DNA from: Pseudomonadota bacterium
GTDB lineage: Bacteria; Pseudomonadota; Gammaproteobacteria; UBA1113
NCBI GenBank assembly: GCA_021781965.1
Contig: JAJXVU010000002.1
Span: forward strand, 28,788 to 92,787
Reading direction: 5' to 3'
Length of the DNA stretch: 64,000 nt
The notes beneath the pieces were generated by a model. The model did not search any database and had not been told where the DNA came from. It saw only the letters and a program-made list of their open reading frames with translations. Of the stretch, positions 29,769-39,877 are shown piece after piece (positions within the stretch are counted from its first letter, which is position 1; the number at the start of each line of letters is the position of its first letter). The translations under genes and the position numbers were made by a program.

Positions 29769-30022
29769 GAATAATTACTTCTTGTTAAGGTAGAATGATG
29801 CAATACCCAATAAACCACCGCTACAAAAACACCGCCTAGCAATGTTGCAAAAGCCCATATCACTCCAGACACCAATAATGTTTTAGCGCCCGTTTTTTCC
29901 AAGTGACCGGCATCACGCGCCACCGCCGCGGCAAAAACCACATGCAAAATGACTTGTATCGCTAAAAACAAATATTGTAATGTTTGCAGCGAGCCGCCTA
30001 AATAAGTTGACATTTGCTCCAT
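29765..30022 (-). CDS. Small two-TM membrane protein, function unknown
   Basis: 85 aa with two hydrophobic helices. Translationally coupled to kup. Confidence 0.45.
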   Translation of the reverse strand: MEQMSTYLGGSLQTLQYLFLAIQVILHVVFAAAVARDAGHLEKTGAKTLLVSGVIWAFATLLGGVFVAVVYWVLHHSTLTRSNYS

Positions 30023-30039
30023 GTTTTTTCCTTTTTATT

Positions 30040-30684
30040 TTAAATCCAGCGTGCTGTAGTTGTCATCACTTTTGCTATCCCGTGCATTAACGCTTTAATA
30101 GGTTTAGGCAACGATGCCGCGCCAGCGTTGGTGGCCTGTGTAGCATGCCGCGCTTCATCCTCATACATGAGAGTTACAATTTCACGACTACGCGTATCCG
30201 CTGCAGGCAAGCGTTGTAAATGTGAATTTAAATGGACCATTACTTGATGCTCCGTTTCAGTCACAAAGCCTAAGCTCCATTTATCCCCTACAAACCCGGC
30301 AACAGCGCCTATTATAAACGATCCAGCATACCAAAACAGGGCCAAATAACTGGTATGACTGTCTAATTCAATTAAACGTGTTTCGCACCAAGCCAGATGG
30401 TCGACTTCTTCTAAAGCGGCTTGCTGCATGGCTGCGGCTACCCGTGGATTGCGCGCCGTTAAGGCTTGTGCTTGATATAGGCCCTGCGCCGCCAATTCGC
30501 CTGCATGGTTCACGCGCATACATTGTGCAGAAAGACGTTTTTCTAGAGTAGTAAGTGCGGGGGTTGAACTTTGTGCGGGGCTAGGGCGCGCCGCTACGGC
30601 AGACGTACTCAGCGTTTTTAAAGCAGCATCAAATTGTAAAATTAACTTCTCAGCGAACGACCGATTTGCTTTAAGAGTGTTCAT
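30040..30684 (-). CDS. coq7: Demethoxyubiquinone hydroxylase Coq7 (di-iron carboxylate)
   Basis: Repeated ExxH di-iron motifs (NHAGELAAQ, EEVDHLAW, DEARHATQ). Confidence 0.8.
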   Translation of the reverse strand: MNTLKANRSFAEKLILQFDAALKTLSTSAVAARPSPAQSSTPALTTLEKRLSAQCMRVNHAGELAAQGLYQAQALTARNPRVAAAMQQAALEEVDHLAWCETRLIELDSHTSYLALFWYAGSFIIGAVAGFVGDKWSLGFVTETEHQVMVHLNSHLQRLPAADTRSREIVTLMYEDEARHATQATNAGAASLPKPIKALMHGIAKVMTTTARWI

Positions 30685-30751
30685 TTCTTTTCCTCCATAA
30701 TATCATAGTGATGAATATTAATGGTATTTAACAATGCCTACCGTAGCTCCC

Positions 30752-30814
30752 CCGCTCCCTAACGGTAGCGGCTCGGCCCATCTAATTGTAACCGAGCGTC
30801 GACCGTTAGGGAAC
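30752..30814. repeat. REP-like palindromic element
   Basis: ccgctccctaacggtagcggctcgg ... aaccgagcgtcgaccgttagggaac. Confidence 0.8.
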
Positions 30815-31065
30815 AGAGTTACGCCTAACCTTAACATATTCAATCATTAAAGAGTACTAGGGCCTGTAGCCAATCCGTTTATAGCCTACAAAAAATAAGT
30901 GTAATTAGTGTAAATATGTCCCTAGCTTCTCTCATTTTTCGCTTCGACAAACTCATTGGCTATAGATCCTAATTTTATTTCAAAAAAACAGACTAAAAGG
31001 TTAACATTTCAGCATAAATAGGCTATCATGATGGATAATTTTAATGCAAAAATCAGAGGTTTATT

Positions 31066-32574
31066 ATGCGTAAAGCAGCCATTATCACCAGTGTAGGCAT
31101 CATCGCTGCCTTTTTTCTAGGCACTCCTTATTTCTTTGGGCAAACCAATCAATCCCTCAACGATGAATTATTAACCCGAACCAATCATTTATTACAAGGC
31201 AAAGGCGAACAACAGCCTGTGTCTGTATCACAAGAAGATGTGATCGCCAGTTTTGTCATAGATGAAAAAATTTATCATGGCCCTTTTTATTGGGGAAAAG
31301 ATGCTGCGGGCAAATCGCATTTTGGCTTTGGTCGCGGTTATTTTGTTTCAGAGGCCAAACCAGACGACAAAACTCGCCAATGGTTACAAGCCCAAGGATT
31401 ACAATCCACTGGTGCTAATTGGGAAGAACGTACCGCTGAGATATCCTTATTAGGACAAATTAACGCCACAAGTCATATGTCTGCCATAGCCTTCAAAAAT
31501 AGCGATGCCACCTTGAATTGGGAAGGTGCGAGCACCAAGATGGTAATATCACCGGGTTTAACCAGCCTTAAAGCCAATGTGACTATAGGCCCTTTGTCCT
31601 ATGTGCAACAACATTCTCTGCTCGAAGTGCCTAGCGCCAATGTGAATGTGAAATTACGTTATAAAAATGGTTTATGGGTAGGTTCATCTGAATTAAAAGT
31701 CCCGCAAATTACCACCAGTCAGAACAATAAAGCTGAGATGGCCATAGGCAACTTGTTGCTGCATGGGAATTCCAATGTTAGCGGTAATTTGCTCAGCACC
31801 ACTGTTACGCTGGGTGCGGATACCGTGCAAATTGGATCGGTAAATTATGGTCCACTCAGTTATGATTTCAATGCGAAAAATATCGACGCCAATGCCTGGT
31901 TAAGATTAAGGGATTTAGCCTCCCAATATGATGCATTGATGAATGCCAACTCATTGGTGTATAATTTGAGCCTAAAGCATTATCATCGTGGCTGGTTTAA
32001 CTCTAACGCACAAATGGTCTTGACTATCAGCCGCCCTAAACCTATAGGGCTCATTAAGCAGCAACTCAATACTTTGACCAGACAATCCGAGCTGTTGATC
32101 GTCGGTAATGAAATCAGCAAAACGCTACCCGCTATAGTCAATAAAGGTGCGCAATTCAGTTTGCAACCTACGCAGAATCATGCACAGCCCGATATGTTTC
32201 AATTCAATGCCTCGTTGACTTTCCCTAAAGTGTTGCAACCACAAGACGTAGGGCAATTGATTGAAAAAGCCGAAGCGCACGTCAAGATCTTATTTTTGTC
32301 TGACTTAATAAGAACGGCAACTGCACATCAATATCCTGACAAAAGCAACGATGATGTAAACGCATCGACGCAAACCTTGCTCAACAAATGGGTGAGCTCC
32401 GGCTATTTAAGCCAAACCGATACGCAATATCTATTTAGTTTAGATTACTCGCAAGGCAACTTAAGCGTGAATGGTAAAACAATGGCTGACGATGCGGCTA
32501 CAGTCGTATCTGAAAATGTACCCGGAATGGTAATGCCAGTGGCAGGTGCAGTTCCGCCTGTGGCAGGGAAATAG
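31066..32574 (+). CDS. YdgA-like (DUF945) envelope protein
   Basis: 502 aa with an N-terminal TM/signal anchor. Size and composition resemble E. coli YdgA. Weak call. Confidence 0.4.
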   Translation: MRKAAIITSVGIIAAFFLGTPYFFGQTNQSLNDELLTRTNHLLQGKGEQQPVSVSQEDVIASFVIDEKIYHGPFYWGKDAAGKSHFGFGRGYFVSEAKPDDKTRQWLQAQGLQSTGANWEERTAEISLLGQINATSHMSAIAFKNSDATLNWEGASTKMVISPGLTSLKANVTIGPLSYVQQHSLLEVPSANVNVKLRYKNGLWVGSSELKVPQITTSQNNKAEMAIGNLLLHGNSNVSGNLLSTTVTLGADTVQIGSVNYGPLSYDFNAKNIDANAWLRLRDLASQYDALMNANSLVYNLSLKHYHRGWFNSNAQMVLTISRPKPIGLIKQQLNTLTRQSELLIVGNEISKTLPAIVNKGAQFSLQPTQNHAQPDMFQFNASLTFPKVLQPQDVGQLIEKAEAHVKILFLSDLIRTATAHQYPDKSNDDVNASTQTLLNKWVSSGYLSQTDTQYLFSLDYSQGNLSVNGKTMADDAATVVSENVPGMVMPVAGAVPPVAGK

Positions 32575-32766
32575 TTTTAGCTTCCCCAGATGTGAATGCG
32601 TCTGGGGATGAAATAACTATCTCACATAATTGTTTGCCCCTCATCCTGAAAAAAGCCAGCCACTAAGTTTAATGCAATTCCATACCGTAAGTCATTGAAA
32701 AACATATAAAAAAATTATTTTATTAACCAATCTTTTCCCCTGCCCTTCCTCTCTATCCAGTTTGCG

Positions 32767-32814
32767 ATACGCATCTTTGCGATTCGCAAACTTGCGAATC
32801 GCAAAGATGCGTAT
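32767..32814. promoter_or_regulatory. Perfect inverted repeat (22-bp arms, 4-nt spacer) overlapping the -10 region of the AAA ATPase gene
   Basis: atacgcatctttgcgattcgca-aact-tgcgaatcgcaaagatgcgtat. The right arm runs into TATTATACT, followed by the AGGAG RBS and the ATG at 32843. Confidence 0.7.
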
Positions 32815-32842
32815 TATACTGCGTTAAAGTAGGAGAATTAAC

Positions 32843-33973
32843 ATGCGCAAAAGAGATTACTTCCCCCTAGGGATAGCCTTTGGAAAAGCTTTTTGTAACC
32901 GAAAAGAAGAAACAGACTTATTATTAAATAATATAACTAATGGCAAGCACACATTACTCATGGCTACCCGGCGATATGGTAAATCAAGCCTAGCATTACA
33001 TACCATTAGCTTAAGTAACTTGCCTTATGTTGAAACTGACTTCTATATGGCGAGCACAGAAAAAATTGTAGAGAGCTATATCTTAAATAGTGTGGTTGAG
33101 TTAATTGGCAAGGCCCTGGGTAACGTCGATAAATTAATTAGTTCTATTAAAAAGTATATAAAAACCTTAAAACCTAGATTAGAGATTGGAGGAGCCAATT
33201 TAAAGTTGGAACTGGTTGCGGCTGTAGAGTCAGATCCTGCTACCAATGTAAAAGAAGCTCTTTTACTTTTAGAACGTTTACTAGCAGAGAAAGGGAAACA
33301 AGCTGTACTGTTAATGGATGAGTTTCAGAATGTAGGTGTAATTGCTAAAGGAACAGGTATTGAAGCAGCCATTAGGCATGTGGCACAAAAGACAAAATAC
33401 CTCACTATTATATTTTCTGGGAGCAATAGAAAACTGTTGCAAACCATGTTTGAAGATGAAAATAGGCCTTTATATAAGTTATGTTGGAAATTAACGCTGC
33501 AAAGAATTTCCGCAACACATTATCAATCTCATCTGCAAAAAGCGGCGAAGGAAGCTTGGAACGAAGAACTTGAAGAAGCTGTTATTGATAAGATATTTCA
33601 ATTAACAGCGAGACATCCTTACTACCTTAATAAGCTTTGCGATAAATTATGGACTTATTATGATACCACCCCAACTATAAAGAATGTAGAGTTGCACTGG
33701 TCAGAAATCATAGCGGAAGAAAAAAGCGATGCCATCAAAGAAATTTCTGCATTGCCTTCTGGTCAAAAGAATGCTTTAAGCAAACTAGCAGAAAATGAGA
33801 CAACTCAGATGACAGAGAAGCAAACTATAATGGATCTGAAAATGACAGGTAGCTCTATTGCAAGAGCCCTAGAGGGACTAGAGGAGAAAGATATTATAGA
33901 GAAAGTTGAAACTGGCTATCAAATTATAAACCCAGTCATAAAGTTTTATGTTTTAAAAGGAAAGATATCTTGA
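32843..33973 (+). CDS. P-loop AAA+ ATPase of the archaeal-ATPase (PF01637-like) family with C-terminal winged-helix (DUF234-like) domain
   Basis: Walker A ATRRYGKSS, Walker B VLLMDEFQ, sensor FSGSN, and C-terminal wHTH region (TGSSIARALEGLEEKDIIEKV). Confidence 0.7.
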   Translation: MRKRDYFPLGIAFGKAFCNRKEETDLLLNNITNGKHTLLMATRRYGKSSLALHTISLSNLPYVETDFYMASTEKIVESYILNSVVELIGKALGNVDKLISSIKKYIKTLKPRLEIGGANLKLELVAAVESDPATNVKEALLLLERLLAEKGKQAVLLMDEFQNVGVIAKGTGIEAAIRHVAQKTKYLTIIFSGSNRKLLQTMFEDENRPLYKLCWKLTLQRISATHYQSHLQKAAKEAWNEELEEAVIDKIFQLTARHPYYLNKLCDKLWTYYDTTPTIKNVELHWSEIIAEEKSDAIKEISALPSGQKNALSKLAENETTQMTEKQTIMDLKMTGSSIARALEGLEEKDIIEKVETGYQIINPVIKFYVLKGKIS

Positions 33974-34145
33974 ACGTATAATTAAAAAAATAAATATAGA
34001 ACAAAAATGTCAGTATATTCTAGCCACACATTCGGAGTTTTTTATTGCGCCAGAAACAATCAAAAATATAATACGCTTTACTTTAGACAAGGATAATCAT
34101 ACGCTTACAAACTCACCCTCATTAACTGAAGAACAGCAAATATTT

Positions 34146-34856
34146 ATGAGAATATTAAGCAATGCAAATTCAACTCGAGCATTTTTTGGTAAGAAAATTA
34201 TACTAGTTGAAGGGCAAACAGATCAGTACTTTTTTAAAGCGGCTCTAGAAAAATCACACCCCGAGCTAATGCAAGAAATTACTGTTACTGATATTAGCGG
34301 TAAAAAGGAATATAAAGCATGGAAATCATTTTTTGAAGCTTTTGGATTGACCGTATATTATATAGGAGATTTTGATAATGTAGAGGAGTTCAAATTATCA
34401 CAGTATAAGAGATCTAAAATAAAGAAACAGATAGAGAATACTTTAAAGCAGAATAAACTGGATAAGTTAACTGAAAAACAAAAGAAAGAGTTGGAAATAG
34501 CACATAAAGAATTAGTAAAAAATGAAAATTTTATCATGTGCCCTCAGAGAACTCAATGGAAAAATTTGCTTGATATTTTTATGAAATTTGTAGCTGTGAA
34601 GGCCACGCCTCATGAAATATTGTCTAAAATGAAGGAGATGGATTCAGGAATTAATACGGAAATTGATAAGAAATATTTTGAGAAAATATATATACTGAAG
34701 TTCGGTGCACTTGAAGATTACACAGAAACCAAGCACGGTAGGTTAGATGAAATAATAAGCTTTTGTGAAAATAAGTTATCTGATTGGTTGCGCAATGACA
34801 GTAATGAGAAAGATAAAGAAATAAAAGAAATTATTCAACAGATTACAATCAATTAA
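34146..34856 (+). CDS. TOPRIM-domain protein: C-terminal part of an OLD-family (ATPase-plus-TOPRIM) nuclease, probably a 5'-truncated remnant
   Basis: TOPRIM Glu in IILVEGQTDQYF and a DxD motif in YYIGDFDNV. The same frame is open upstream to 33969 and encodes QYILATHSEFFIAP, which looks like an ABC/OLD-type H-loop, yet it has no start codon. Confidence 0.55.
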   Translation: MRILSNANSTRAFFGKKIILVEGQTDQYFFKAALEKSHPELMQEITVTDISGKKEYKAWKSFFEAFGLTVYYIGDFDNVEEFKLSQYKRSKIKKQIENTLKQNKLDKLTEKQKKELEIAHKELVKNENFIMCPQRTQWKNLLDIFMKFVAVKATPHEILSKMKEMDSGINTEIDKKYFEKIYILKFGALEDYTETKHGRLDEIISFCENKLSDWLRNDSNEKDKEIKEIIQQITIN

Positions 34857-35466
34857 CAACTACATTTTTATTAATGATGACAATCTATGCAGTTCAATAT
34901 ATTAGTGACAATAACATAGTCCATATTCTTTGCTTTCATTTGTCATCATCAATGATTCTAGTGGCATGAATGTTCTTATTAAGGGTGGCTGATCCGAAAA
35001 ATTTCGAGCCAGCCTGCGATAGGTCCATACTACTACTAGGCCTTAGTCTGTACGCCTAAGGTCAATTTCACTCACCTACAAATAAATCATTTCCTCGTCG
35101 AAACAACCTTATAGCTAAAGTATGTTTCTTAAAATGACTTAACGAGATACGCGCCCTAAAAGTAAGGATGGCGCAGCATTCCACACTCTAACTTTAATTT
35201 TACTATTTACGCTTCCAACACCTAAGCCCTTACTTAACGGGCTTTAATAAATAACTTTGCCGCAAAAAACTATATAGTTTTTTTAACTTTTTTTAAAAAT
35301 TTTTTTGTGACGGGATTTTTGGAAAATATTTAGAATACGATTCGTGTTAAAAAAGATATTGCATTTCAGAGAGCTTTCTGCAGATGGGCAGCTCACGAGC
35401 TGCCCCTACAATAGATGAATGACAATATCGAACAATTCAAAACATACGCGGTACTAAGATAACCTT

Positions 35467-35568
35467 CTACGTGTCATCCTCACCATGATGCAATTCATAC
35501 CACAAACCATGCAAGATAGCGAAAGAACATGCAAAGGCCGTACCTAAGATCCAAGCAAAATACCACAT
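35467..35568 (-). CDS. cydX: Cytochrome bd oxidase small subunit CydX (33 aa); below the ORF-track cutoff
   Basis: Reverse-strand translation MWYFAWILGTAFACSFAILHGLWYELHHGEDDT. The N-terminal MWYFAWILG matches CydX. Lies 10 bp downstream of cydB. Confidence 0.8.
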   Translation of the reverse strand: MWYFAWILGTAFACSFAILHGLWYELHHGEDDT

Positions 35569-35578
35569 GTTATTCCCC

Positions 35579-36718
35579 TTAATATTTATTCTGTGAATCA
35601 CTTTCTATAGAGTCTGCAGTGACGCGACCGCGCATAACTCTATAAACCCAAGATGTGTACAATAAGATGATAGGCATGAATATGACTGTACACACCAACA
35701 TGATGCGCAATGTTAATAGACTAGACGAAGCATCCCATACCAACAAACTCATACTAGGATGCGACGACGATGGCAACAAAAATGGAAATAAGGATAAACC
35801 GAAGGTAGAAATTACTCCCACTATAGCCAAACTACTAAAAACAAAACCCCATTTGCTTTGACCACGCCCTAAGCATAATAGCTGCCCAATGACGGCAACA
35901 ACGACTAATAGCGGTGCAATCCACAATAAAGGATTAAGATGATAATTGGTCATCCATCCTCCCGACATCATGCTCACTGCTTTATGCAAAGGATTAGATG
36001 GCCCAGCATGATCAACAATGCTATCCACCACGAAACCATTTAAACCTTTAGCCACCCACACTCCAGCAAGCATAAATAAAACCAACATGAGGATGGCGGC
36101 AATGCGGCCATATTGAATAGCGCGTTGTCGCACTATTCCTTCTGTTTTAGTCGCTAGAAAAGAAGCACCATGCATCGCCAACATGCACACGCTCACTAAG
36201 CCGCACAATAAAGCAAAAGGATTTAACAGACCCCACAATGTGCCCGTGTAGAAAACACGTAAACTATCGTCAAAGAAAAAAGGAACGCCTTGCAATACAT
36301 TACCTAAAGCCACGCCGAAAATGAGCGACGGCAGCAATCCTGCAATAAATAAAATCTTATCCCAGTTAGAACGCCATCGCGTCGAGGGCATTTTACTGCG
36401 ATATTTAAAGCCTACAGGGCGCAGAATAAAGCCCAGTAAAACAATCAGCATTGCTAAATAGAAACCGGAAAAAGATACTGCGTAGATAATAGGCCATGCA
36501 GCAAAAATAGCGCCAGCCCCCAGAATAATCCACACTTGATTACCTTCCCAAACCGGGCCTACAGTATTAATAACCACACGTCTTTCTATGTCTTTACGCG
36601 CTACAAAAGGCAATAACAAAGCCACACCTAAGTCAAAACCATCCATAATGGCAAAGCCGGTTAATAACACACCGAGCAATAACCACCAGATAATGCGCAT
36701 GCTTTCATAATCAAACAT
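35579..36718 (-). CDS. cydB: Cytochrome bd ubiquinol oxidase subunit II
   Basis: 379 aa polytopic membrane protein downstream of cydA. CydB-like N-terminus (MFDYESMRIIWWLLLGVLL). Confidence 0.85.
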   Translation of the reverse strand: MFDYESMRIIWWLLLGVLLTGFAIMDGFDLGVALLLPFVARKDIERRVVINTVGPVWEGNQVWIILGAGAIFAAWPIIYAVSFSGFYLAMLIVLLGFILRPVGFKYRSKMPSTRWRSNWDKILFIAGLLPSLIFGVALGNVLQGVPFFFDDSLRVFYTGTLWGLLNPFALLCGLVSVCMLAMHGASFLATKTEGIVRQRAIQYGRIAAILMLVLFMLAGVWVAKGLNGFVVDSIVDHAGPSNPLHKAVSMMSGGWMTNYHLNPLLWIAPLLVVVAVIGQLLCLGRGQSKWGFVFSSLAIVGVISTFGLSLFPFLLPSSSHPSMSLLVWDASSSLLTLRIMLVCTVIFMPIILLYTSWVYRVMRGRVTADSIESDSQNKY

Positions 36719-36746
36719 AATTTTACTCCGTAACTATTTTACCCAT

Positions 36747-36771
36747 CCGCGCCCTTTCGGTCGCGGCTCGG
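36747..36771. repeat. REP-like element (CCTTT variant) in the cydA-cydB spacer
   Basis: ccgcgccctttcggtcgcggctcgg. Identical to the copy at 10683. Confidence 0.75.
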
Positions 36772-36778
36772 TTATAAA

Positions 36779-38329
36779 CTAATTAACTGTGCCTTCAGGC
36801 CCCAGTTTAATGTACTTCACCATCAGGAATAACTCGACGACGGCAAGACCCGTATACAATAAAATGAAACCACCCAAAGATATCCATAAGTCACTGGATG
36901 TTAATGATGATGTTCCCAAATACGTAGGTAATACACCATCTATCACCCAAGGCTGACGACCACTCTCGGCCACATACCATCCTAGTTCTATGGCCACCCA
37001 GGGTAAAGGTAAACTGTAAAAAAGCGTGCGTAAAAACCAGCGTTTTTCAATCAATTTGTCTTTAGCACCCCAATAGAAACACAACGCAAATAGAAGGATA
37101 AAGAACAGTCCACATGCAACCATTATGCGAAATGACCAGAATAAAGGAGCAACTTTCGGCACAGTATCTTCAGCTGCAGCATGAATTTGCGCTGCATTAG
37201 CATCGGTTACGGTAGGCGTATACCGTTTTAACAATAATGCATACCCTAGATCTTTTTCATGTTGATCTAAAATAGTCTTGGCAGCAACATCATCGCCATT
37301 TTGTTGTAACCGTTGCAAGGCACCATAGGCTACTATACCATTTTTGATACGCTGTTCATTGTCAATTACTAAATTGTGTATACCTGGCACTGGTTCCGTG
37401 ACAGAGCGTGTGGCAATTAAACCCAATAAATAAGGAACTTGTATCGCGGCACGTGTAATTTCATTTTTTTGATCCGGAAACCCAAATACCGTGAAAGCGG
37501 CCGGCGCAGGCTCGGTATCCCACATCGCTTCGATGGCTGCCAATTTCATTTTCTGCGCTTGCCCTGCTTCATAACCACTTTCATCGCCTAAAATTACAAC
37601 GGCTATACTGACTAATAAACCAAAAGCAGCCGCCACTTTCAAAGAGCGTTTGGCGAAAGCAATATTGCGATTTCGTAATAAGAAGAAAGCACTGATAGCG
37701 CAAATAAACATGGCACCAGTTACATACCCCGCGCTCACAGTATGCACATATTTGGCTTGTGCCACAGGGTTTAAGATAACGGCAGCAAAATCGCTGACCT
37801 CCATGCGCATAGTATTAAAGTTGAAATGTGACCCTACTGGATTTTGCATCCAGCCATTAGCCACTAAAATCCACAATGCCGATAAATTGGTGCCTATAGC
37901 TAATAACCAGGTGACCGTTAAATGCGCACCCCTGGACATTCTGTCCCAACCAAAGAAAAATATGCCTACAAAGGTCGCTTCCAAAAAGAAAGCCATTAAG
38001 CCTTCTATCGCCAAAGGAGCGCCGAAAATATCGCCCACATATTGCGAGTAATAGGCCCAATTGGTACCAAATTGAAATTCCATCGTGATACCGGTGGAAA
38101 CACCCATAGCAAAGTTAATACCAAATAAAATACCCCAGTATTTAACCATTTTTTGCCAAATAGGTTTTTTTGTTAAAAAGTAGATGGTTTCCATGATCCC
38201 TAACAGGAAGGATAAGCCTAATGTTAACGGAACAAAGATAAAATGATACAGCGCTGTTAGCGCAAACTGAAATCTGGATAAGTCAACGACCACTTCTGAT
38301 GGAAACACGATCACTACCCCCATAAACAT
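36779..38329 (-). CDS. cydA: Cytochrome bd ubiquinol oxidase subunit I
   Basis: SRFQFALTALYHFIFVPLTLGL N-terminus and a Q-loop region. 516 aa. Confidence 0.9.
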   Translation of the reverse strand: MFMGVVIVFPSEVVVDLSRFQFALTALYHFIFVPLTLGLSFLLGIMETIYFLTKKPIWQKMVKYWGILFGINFAMGVSTGITMEFQFGTNWAYYSQYVGDIFGAPLAIEGLMAFFLEATFVGIFFFGWDRMSRGAHLTVTWLLAIGTNLSALWILVANGWMQNPVGSHFNFNTMRMEVSDFAAVILNPVAQAKYVHTVSAGYVTGAMFICAISAFFLLRNRNIAFAKRSLKVAAAFGLLVSIAVVILGDESGYEAGQAQKMKLAAIEAMWDTEPAPAAFTVFGFPDQKNEITRAAIQVPYLLGLIATRSVTEPVPGIHNLVIDNEQRIKNGIVAYGALQRLQQNGDDVAAKTILDQHEKDLGYALLLKRYTPTVTDANAAQIHAAAEDTVPKVAPLFWSFRIMVACGLFFILLFALCFYWGAKDKLIEKRWFLRTLFYSLPLPWVAIELGWYVAESGRQPWVIDGVLPTYLGTSSLTSSDLWISLGGFILLYTGLAVVELFLMVKYIKLGPEGTVN

Positions 38330-38596
38330 GATTAAAGAACACTTGCCTACTTTGTTGTGGTGGCGCTTCTGGTTTGGAAAAACAAAGCCACCATAACAAT
38401 GTTAATAATATCACTTTAAAAACTAAGATCCAAGTTATTTCTTTGCGTAAAACTTTCATAATAATGATTCTCATTCTTGTTTAAGATTTGCAGTAACTGA
38501 AACCAAGATAGTAGTACTGCTGTAACTACTCATTCCAGCTGATCTTGTCATTGGAATTCATTTCATAGGACGTAAATAGCTACGTTCTACGTTCCC

Positions 38597-39436
38597 TTAA
38601 ATCACCATACTGTTTATCGCCACAGTATTATCTTGTTTATAATCTACATCTAACACTCGCAATTCACGGCTACCGCTGGCTGCCGTTTTGGCTAAAACTC
38701 TATTCATTAAATCTACGCTGCGTCGCAAAGCGTGTTCCAGATTTTTGCACGACAAATAAGATCCTAAAAAAACAGCCGAAAATAGATCGCCGGTACCACT
38801 AGGCGGTATGGGAAAGGTATATTCTCTCGCTGCCAATAAATAATGTTGACTACCTTGTCCACCATAAATATGCAGTGTGTCAGGTGCAACGTCATCTAAT
38901 TTAACGCCGGTGATAATCACTATCTGTGAACCCTTGTCTTGAAAAAATTGCGCGACCGCTTTAAGGTCAGCGGTAGTTTTAATTTGCCTGCCGGATAAAG
39001 TTTCAGCTTCATATTGATTGGGCGTAATAATATCGGCCACTAAATGGTATTTAAAAAATTCCAATACTTCCGGTTTAACAAAGCAATGCTGATTACCAAT
39101 GACGGGATCACACAGGTATAATAAGGCTGGATTTTGTGCCTTAAAGCGCTTAACGGTAGCAGCTACTTCCCGGCAGATTTCCTCGCTGCCCATATAGCCT
39201 GATAAAATCGCTTGGCAGGAAGGGATTAGATTGAGCGTTTCTAGGCCCAGTATTACTTGATGAATATGCTCTTTGGAAAAAATTTCGCCTTGCCAATGGC
39301 CATAACCGGTGTGATTTGAAAATTGTACCGTGTTCACGGGCCAAACATCATAACCCATTGATTGCAAGGGATAGACCGCCGCTTTATTGCCCACATAACC
39401 ATACGCCACATGAGACTGAATTGATAAAATAGCCAT
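38597..39436 (-). CDS. pdxY: Pyridoxal kinase (PdxY/PdxK family)
   Basis: MAILSIQSHVAYGYVGN N-terminus. Ribokinase-like fold with a C-terminal GTGD motif. Confidence 0.8.
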   Translation of the reverse strand: MAILSIQSHVAYGYVGNKAAVYPLQSMGYDVWPVNTVQFSNHTGYGHWQGEIFSKEHIHQVILGLETLNLIPSCQAILSGYMGSEEICREVAATVKRFKAQNPALLYLCDPVIGNQHCFVKPEVLEFFKYHLVADIITPNQYEAETLSGRQIKTTADLKAVAQFFQDKGSQIVIITGVKLDDVAPDTLHIYGGQGSQHYLLAAREYTFPIPPSGTGDLFSAVFLGSYLSCKNLEHALRRSVDLMNRVLAKTAASGSRELRVLDVDYKQDNTVAINSMVI

Positions 39437-39537
39437 TGTTTTACCCTATTTCTATTGCAACGCAAATAATTGTATCATAAAATAGTCGCCATAGCACGGT
39501 AGCTATGGACGCAACGACAAGATAGGGAGATATCATA

Positions 39538-39768
39538 ATGGCGCAAAATAATGCTTTGTTTAATACAGATGACAGCGACCAAGAAATTGTACAAGAACGT
39601 CTAGACGAATTTTTTTCTTCTATTATGGGTTTATTATCCCACAACCCGGCTCAACCCAAACGCAACTCTAAAGAAATGGTAGAAACACGCCGACAAGTTG
39701 AAGAAATTTTGATCGAGAGACAAAATCGTGAATTGTATGACGATAATCTAGTAGAGATTGACGGTTAA
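39538..39768 (+). CDS. Small acidic hypothetical protein (76 aa)
   Basis: ORF with a plausible start. No recognisable domain. Confidence 0.35.
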   Translation: MAQNNALFNTDDSDQEIVQERLDEFFSSIMGLLSHNPAQPKRNSKEMVETRRQVEEILIERQNRELYDDNLVEIDG

Positions 39769-39813
39769 GGTAACTCTTAAACGGCGGTTCGTATATTAAA
39801 AATCGTAACGGCC

Positions 39814-39877
39814 CCGCTCCCTGACGGTCGCGCCCGGTTCATGTATTTGTAACCGAGCGTCGACTGTTAGGAAGCGG
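39814..39877. repeat. REP-like palindromic element (degenerate)
   Basis: ccgctccctgacggtcgcgcccggtt ... aaccgagcgtcgactgttaggaagcggg. Confidence 0.75.

Noticed and set aside
37650-38060. ORFs antisense within cydA (37650-38051 on the plus strand; 37857-38060 in another frame)
   Set aside because: They lie inside the highly conserved cydA CDS, so they are spurious.
38283-38474. 63-aa ORF overlapping the cydA start
   Set aside because: It overlaps the cydA N-terminus in another frame and has no independent support. A leader peptide is possible but unsupported.
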